A DNA stretch of 64,000 nt from Longimicrobiales bacterium (GTDB taxonomy: Bacteria > Gemmatimonadota > Gemmatimonadetes > Longimicrobiales > Gaopeijiaceae), in assembly GCA_965219445.1 (NCBI GenBank), contig CBDCNQ010000004.1, forward strand, positions 608,001-672,000, written 5' to 3'. The notes under the pieces are model-generated. The model had not been told where the DNA came from, made no database searches, and saw nothing but the letters and a program-made list of their open reading frames with translations. Shown in pieces: positions 61,395 to 64,000 of this stretch (its first letter is position 1; every line of letters starts with the position of its first letter). A program made the translations under genes and the position numbers.

Positions 61395-64000
61395 TCAGTC
61401 CGCAGTAGCCTCTTCCAGCCCCGCAACGAACTCTTCGGGCTCGCCCAACGGAAGAATCTCCTCCTCGTAGAACGACTTCTCCACCATGAACTCCACACCC
61501 TGATATCTGTGCACTCCGGTTCCGGCCGGAATCAGGTGCCCAATGATGATGTTCTCCTTGAGCCCATTCAGGTCGTCCCTGGCCCCACGCACAGCCGCGT
61601 CCGTAAGCACCCTCGTGGTTTCCTGGAAGGACGCCGCCGAGATGAACGACTCGGTAGTCAAACTGGCCTTCGTGATTCCGAGAAGGAGTGGCTCGGAACG
61701 GGCCGGTTTCAGCGTGGCTTGGATCGCCCTATGGTTGTCATCCCGGAACTCTACGCGGTCGACGTTCTCCCCCTCGAGAAGGACCGTCTCTCCCGGGTCC
61801 GTGATCCGCACCTTCTGGAGCATCTGGCGCACGATCACGCCGATGTGCTTGTCGTTGATCTTCACCCCTTGGAGTCGGTAGACCTCCTGGATCTCGTTGA
61901 GGAGATATTCCTGGACAGCTCTCGGCCCTCGGATTTTCAGAATGTCGTGCGGATTGATCGGTCCTTCTGAGAGGCGATCTCCCGCTCGCACGCGGTCACC
62001 CTCGTGAACTCGCATGTGTTTGACCACCGGCACCATATAGGCCCGCTGGTCCTCCTCGCCAGTCTCGGGCGTCACGATAACCTCGCGCTTGCCCCGTTTG
62101 ATATCGCCGAAGCCGACTTCACCGTCGATCTCCGTGATGACCGCGGGATCCTTCGGCCGGCGGGCCTCGAACAACTCGGCCACGCGTGGCAACCCTCCCG
62201 TGATGTCCCGGGTCTTGTAAACCTCCCTGCTGATCTTGGCGATCGTGTCACCGGGGGCGACCTCGTCACCGTCGTGGATTGTGAGTTGGGCCCCCACCGG
62301 CATGATGAATTCGCGAACCTTCTCCGCCTTCTTGGTCTTTTTTCGAATCTGGATCGTCGGATGAAGCGTCTTGTCCCGATCCTCCATGATCGTCATCTGG
62401 CGACGGCCGGTGGATTCGTCCAGTTCCTCACGCATCGTCTGATCGTCGACGATATCGACGAATTTCAAGACGCCGCCTACGTCCGCTACGATCGGCTCCG
62501 AGTACGGGTCCCAATTGAACAGCTGATCACCGGCTTCGATGGTTTGTCCTTCCTCGACCACGAGGGTGGCGCCATACGGTGCATTGAGGCGACTCCTAAC
62601 CAGCCCTTCCGCCGTCTTGAGAACAATCTGGCCCTCACGAGATGTAACGATCTGATCATCGGTGGGCGTCTCGACCGTGGTCACCCGTTCCAGACTCACC
62701 ACGCCGTTGATCTTCGACCGGCGCTGTGTCTGAGCCGCGATTCGTGCTGCGGTACCTCCGATGTGGAAGGTCCGAAGCGTCAGCTGCGTACCGGGCTCAC
62801 CGATGGATTGGGCAGCCAAAATACCCACAGCCTCCCCGATATCGACCACCTGCATCGTAGCGAGATTACGCCCGTAACACATTCGGCAAAGTCCTCGCTT
62901 CGACTCACATGTGAGGACCGACCGAATCTTGACGACCTGGATGCCCGCGGCCTCGACCGCTTCGGCTGCGTCCTCTTCGATGAGCTGCCCCCCCGCGACC
63001 AGAAGCTCCCCATCGATCGGATCGTAGACGTCCTCGAGCGCAACGTTACCCACGATTCTGTCTGGAAGCGGCTCGATGATGTCTTCACCTTCTTTGAGGG
63101 CGACCATCTCGAGACCGAGAATCGTCCCGCAGTCGTCTTCCGTGATCGTGACGTCCTGCGCTACGTCGACCAACCGCCGCGTGAGGTAGCCCGCGTCGGC
63201 GGTCTTGAGGGCCGTGTCGGCCAGACCCTTTCTGGCGCCGTGCGTCGAGATGAAGTACTCGACCACCGTGAGGCCCTCACGGAAATTCGACTTGATCGGG
63301 CTCTCGATGATCTCACCGATGCCCCCGGTCAGCTTCTTTTGCGGCTTCGCCATCAATCCACGCATACCTGCGAGCTGCCTCATTTGGTCACGATTTCCTC
63401 GGGCACCCGACGTCATCATCATGTAGACTGGGTTGAACCCGTCTTGAGAACGGGCCAACCGGCCGACCATCGCATCCGCTACATCGTTATTCGCGTGGGT
63501 CCATGTGTCGATGACCTTGTTGTATCGCTCCCCATTGGAGATATACCCACTGGCGTAGGCCTTTTGGAACCGGGTGACCTGCTCGCTGGCATCGTGGAGG
63601 ATCTCCAGTTTCTCTTCCGGCACCTCAAGGTCTGCGATGCCCACACTGACTCCGCCCATCGTCGCGTACCGGAAGCCGAAGTCCTTCAGGTGATCGAGGA
63701 ATTCGGTCGTTCTGGACAGCCCGACCGTCGTGAAGCAGTCGAAAATAAGGTCGCCCAATTCCTTCTTTCCGAAGGTCTGATTCAAGAACCCCATCTCCTC
63801 GGGGATGATGGAGTTGAAGAGCACTCGGCCCCCCGTGCTGCGCAGCCACCTGCCAGCAACCTCCCCATCTTCGTCGGAGTGTTTGGAAACCCAGTACCAG
63901 CACGGGCTTCCGAACCGCAGACGCTTGGCCTCGAGGCCCATCTCCACCTCTCCGTAAGTCGAGAAGCGGGGCGCGCGCTCGTAGACCTTATCCAGGTTCT
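61395..64000 (-). CDS. rpoC: DNA-directed RNA polymerase subunit beta' (C-terminal part; start lies beyond the window)
   Basis: [93 protein letters not shown]. Confidence 0.99.
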   Translation of the reverse strand, partial: NLDKVYERAPRFSTYGEVEMGLEAKRLRFGSPCWYWVSKHSDEDGEVAGRWLRSTGGRVLFNSIIPEEMGFLNQTFGKKELGDLIFDCFTTVGLSRTTEFLDHLKDFGFRYATMGGVSVGIADLEVPEEKLEILHDASEQVTRFQKAYASGYISNGERYNKVIDTWTHANNDVADAMVGRLARSQDGFNPVYMMMTSGARGNRDQMRQLAGMRGLMAKPQKKLTGGIGEIIESPIKSNFREGLTVVEYFISTHGARKGLADTALKTADAGYLTRRLVDVAQDVTITEDDCGTILGLEMVALKEGEDIIEPLPDRIVGNVALEDVYDPIDGELLVAGGQLIEEDAAEAVEAAGIQVVKIRSVLTCESKRGLCRMCYGRNLATMQVVDIGEAVGILAAQSIGEPGTQLTLRTFHIGGTAARIAAQTQRRSKINGVVSLERVTTVETPTDDQIVTSREGQIVLKTAEGLVRSRLNAPYGATLVVEEGQTIEAGDQLFNWDPYSEPIVADVGGVLKFVDIVDDQTMREELDESTGRRQMTIMEDRDKTLHPTIQIRKKTKKAEKVREFIMPVGAQLTIHDGDEVAPGDTIAKISREVYKTRDITGGLPRVAELFEARRPKDPAVITEIDGEVGFGDIKRGKREVIVTPETGEEDQRAYMVPVVKHMRVHEGDRVRAGDRLSEGPINPHDILKIRGPRAVQEYLLNEIQEVYRLQGVKINDKHIGVIVRQMLQKVRITDPGETVLLEGENVDRVEFRDDNHRAIQATLKPARSEPLLLGITKASLTTESFISAASFQETTRVLTDAAVRGARDDLNGLKENIIIGHLIPAGTGVHRYQGVEFMVEKSFYEEEILPLGEPEEFVAGLEEATAD

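Overview
GC-rich bacterial genomic window, almost entirely minus-strand. Gene order and protein style suggest Gemmatimonadota (inference, not verified). Left to right there are four blocks. (1) 1-10.3 kb, housekeeping: partial relA/spoT, radC, secA, a DUF2061-like protein, nadD, bamD, two TPR proteins and a small beta-barrel OMP. (2) 10.3-35.6 kb, a surface-polysaccharide locus: ugd, UDP-GlcA decarboxylase, epimerases, rmlDAB without rmlC, GT4, a WecA/MraY fusion, asnB-type amidotransferase, Wza/SLBB, Wzz, an O-antigen ligase-like gene, and a PAPS module (sat-cysC fusion plus cysQ). It contains at least six broken genes or relics. (3) 35.6-58.1 kb: hemD, rpmB and the str-S10-spc-alpha ribosomal superoperon. 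infA is missing, and L4, L15, L29 and S17 carry long repetitive extensions. (4) 58.2-64 kb: a three-gene cassette inserted between rpoC and rpsL. It encodes an HPr-kinase-like protein, a PqqD/RRE domain fused in one chain to a twin-arginine-like signal and a 42-aa 10-Cys peptide, and an interrupted nucleotidyltransferase. This cassette is the best candidate for an undescribed RiPP-like or secreted-peptide system. Also found: a dispersed REP-like palindrome family with covarying C-GNA-G triloop hairpins, and a 100-bp tandem non-coding repeat upstream of wzz. No rRNA, tRNA, CRISPR array or transposase was recognised. All calls are from motif recognition by eye, and no database searches were run.
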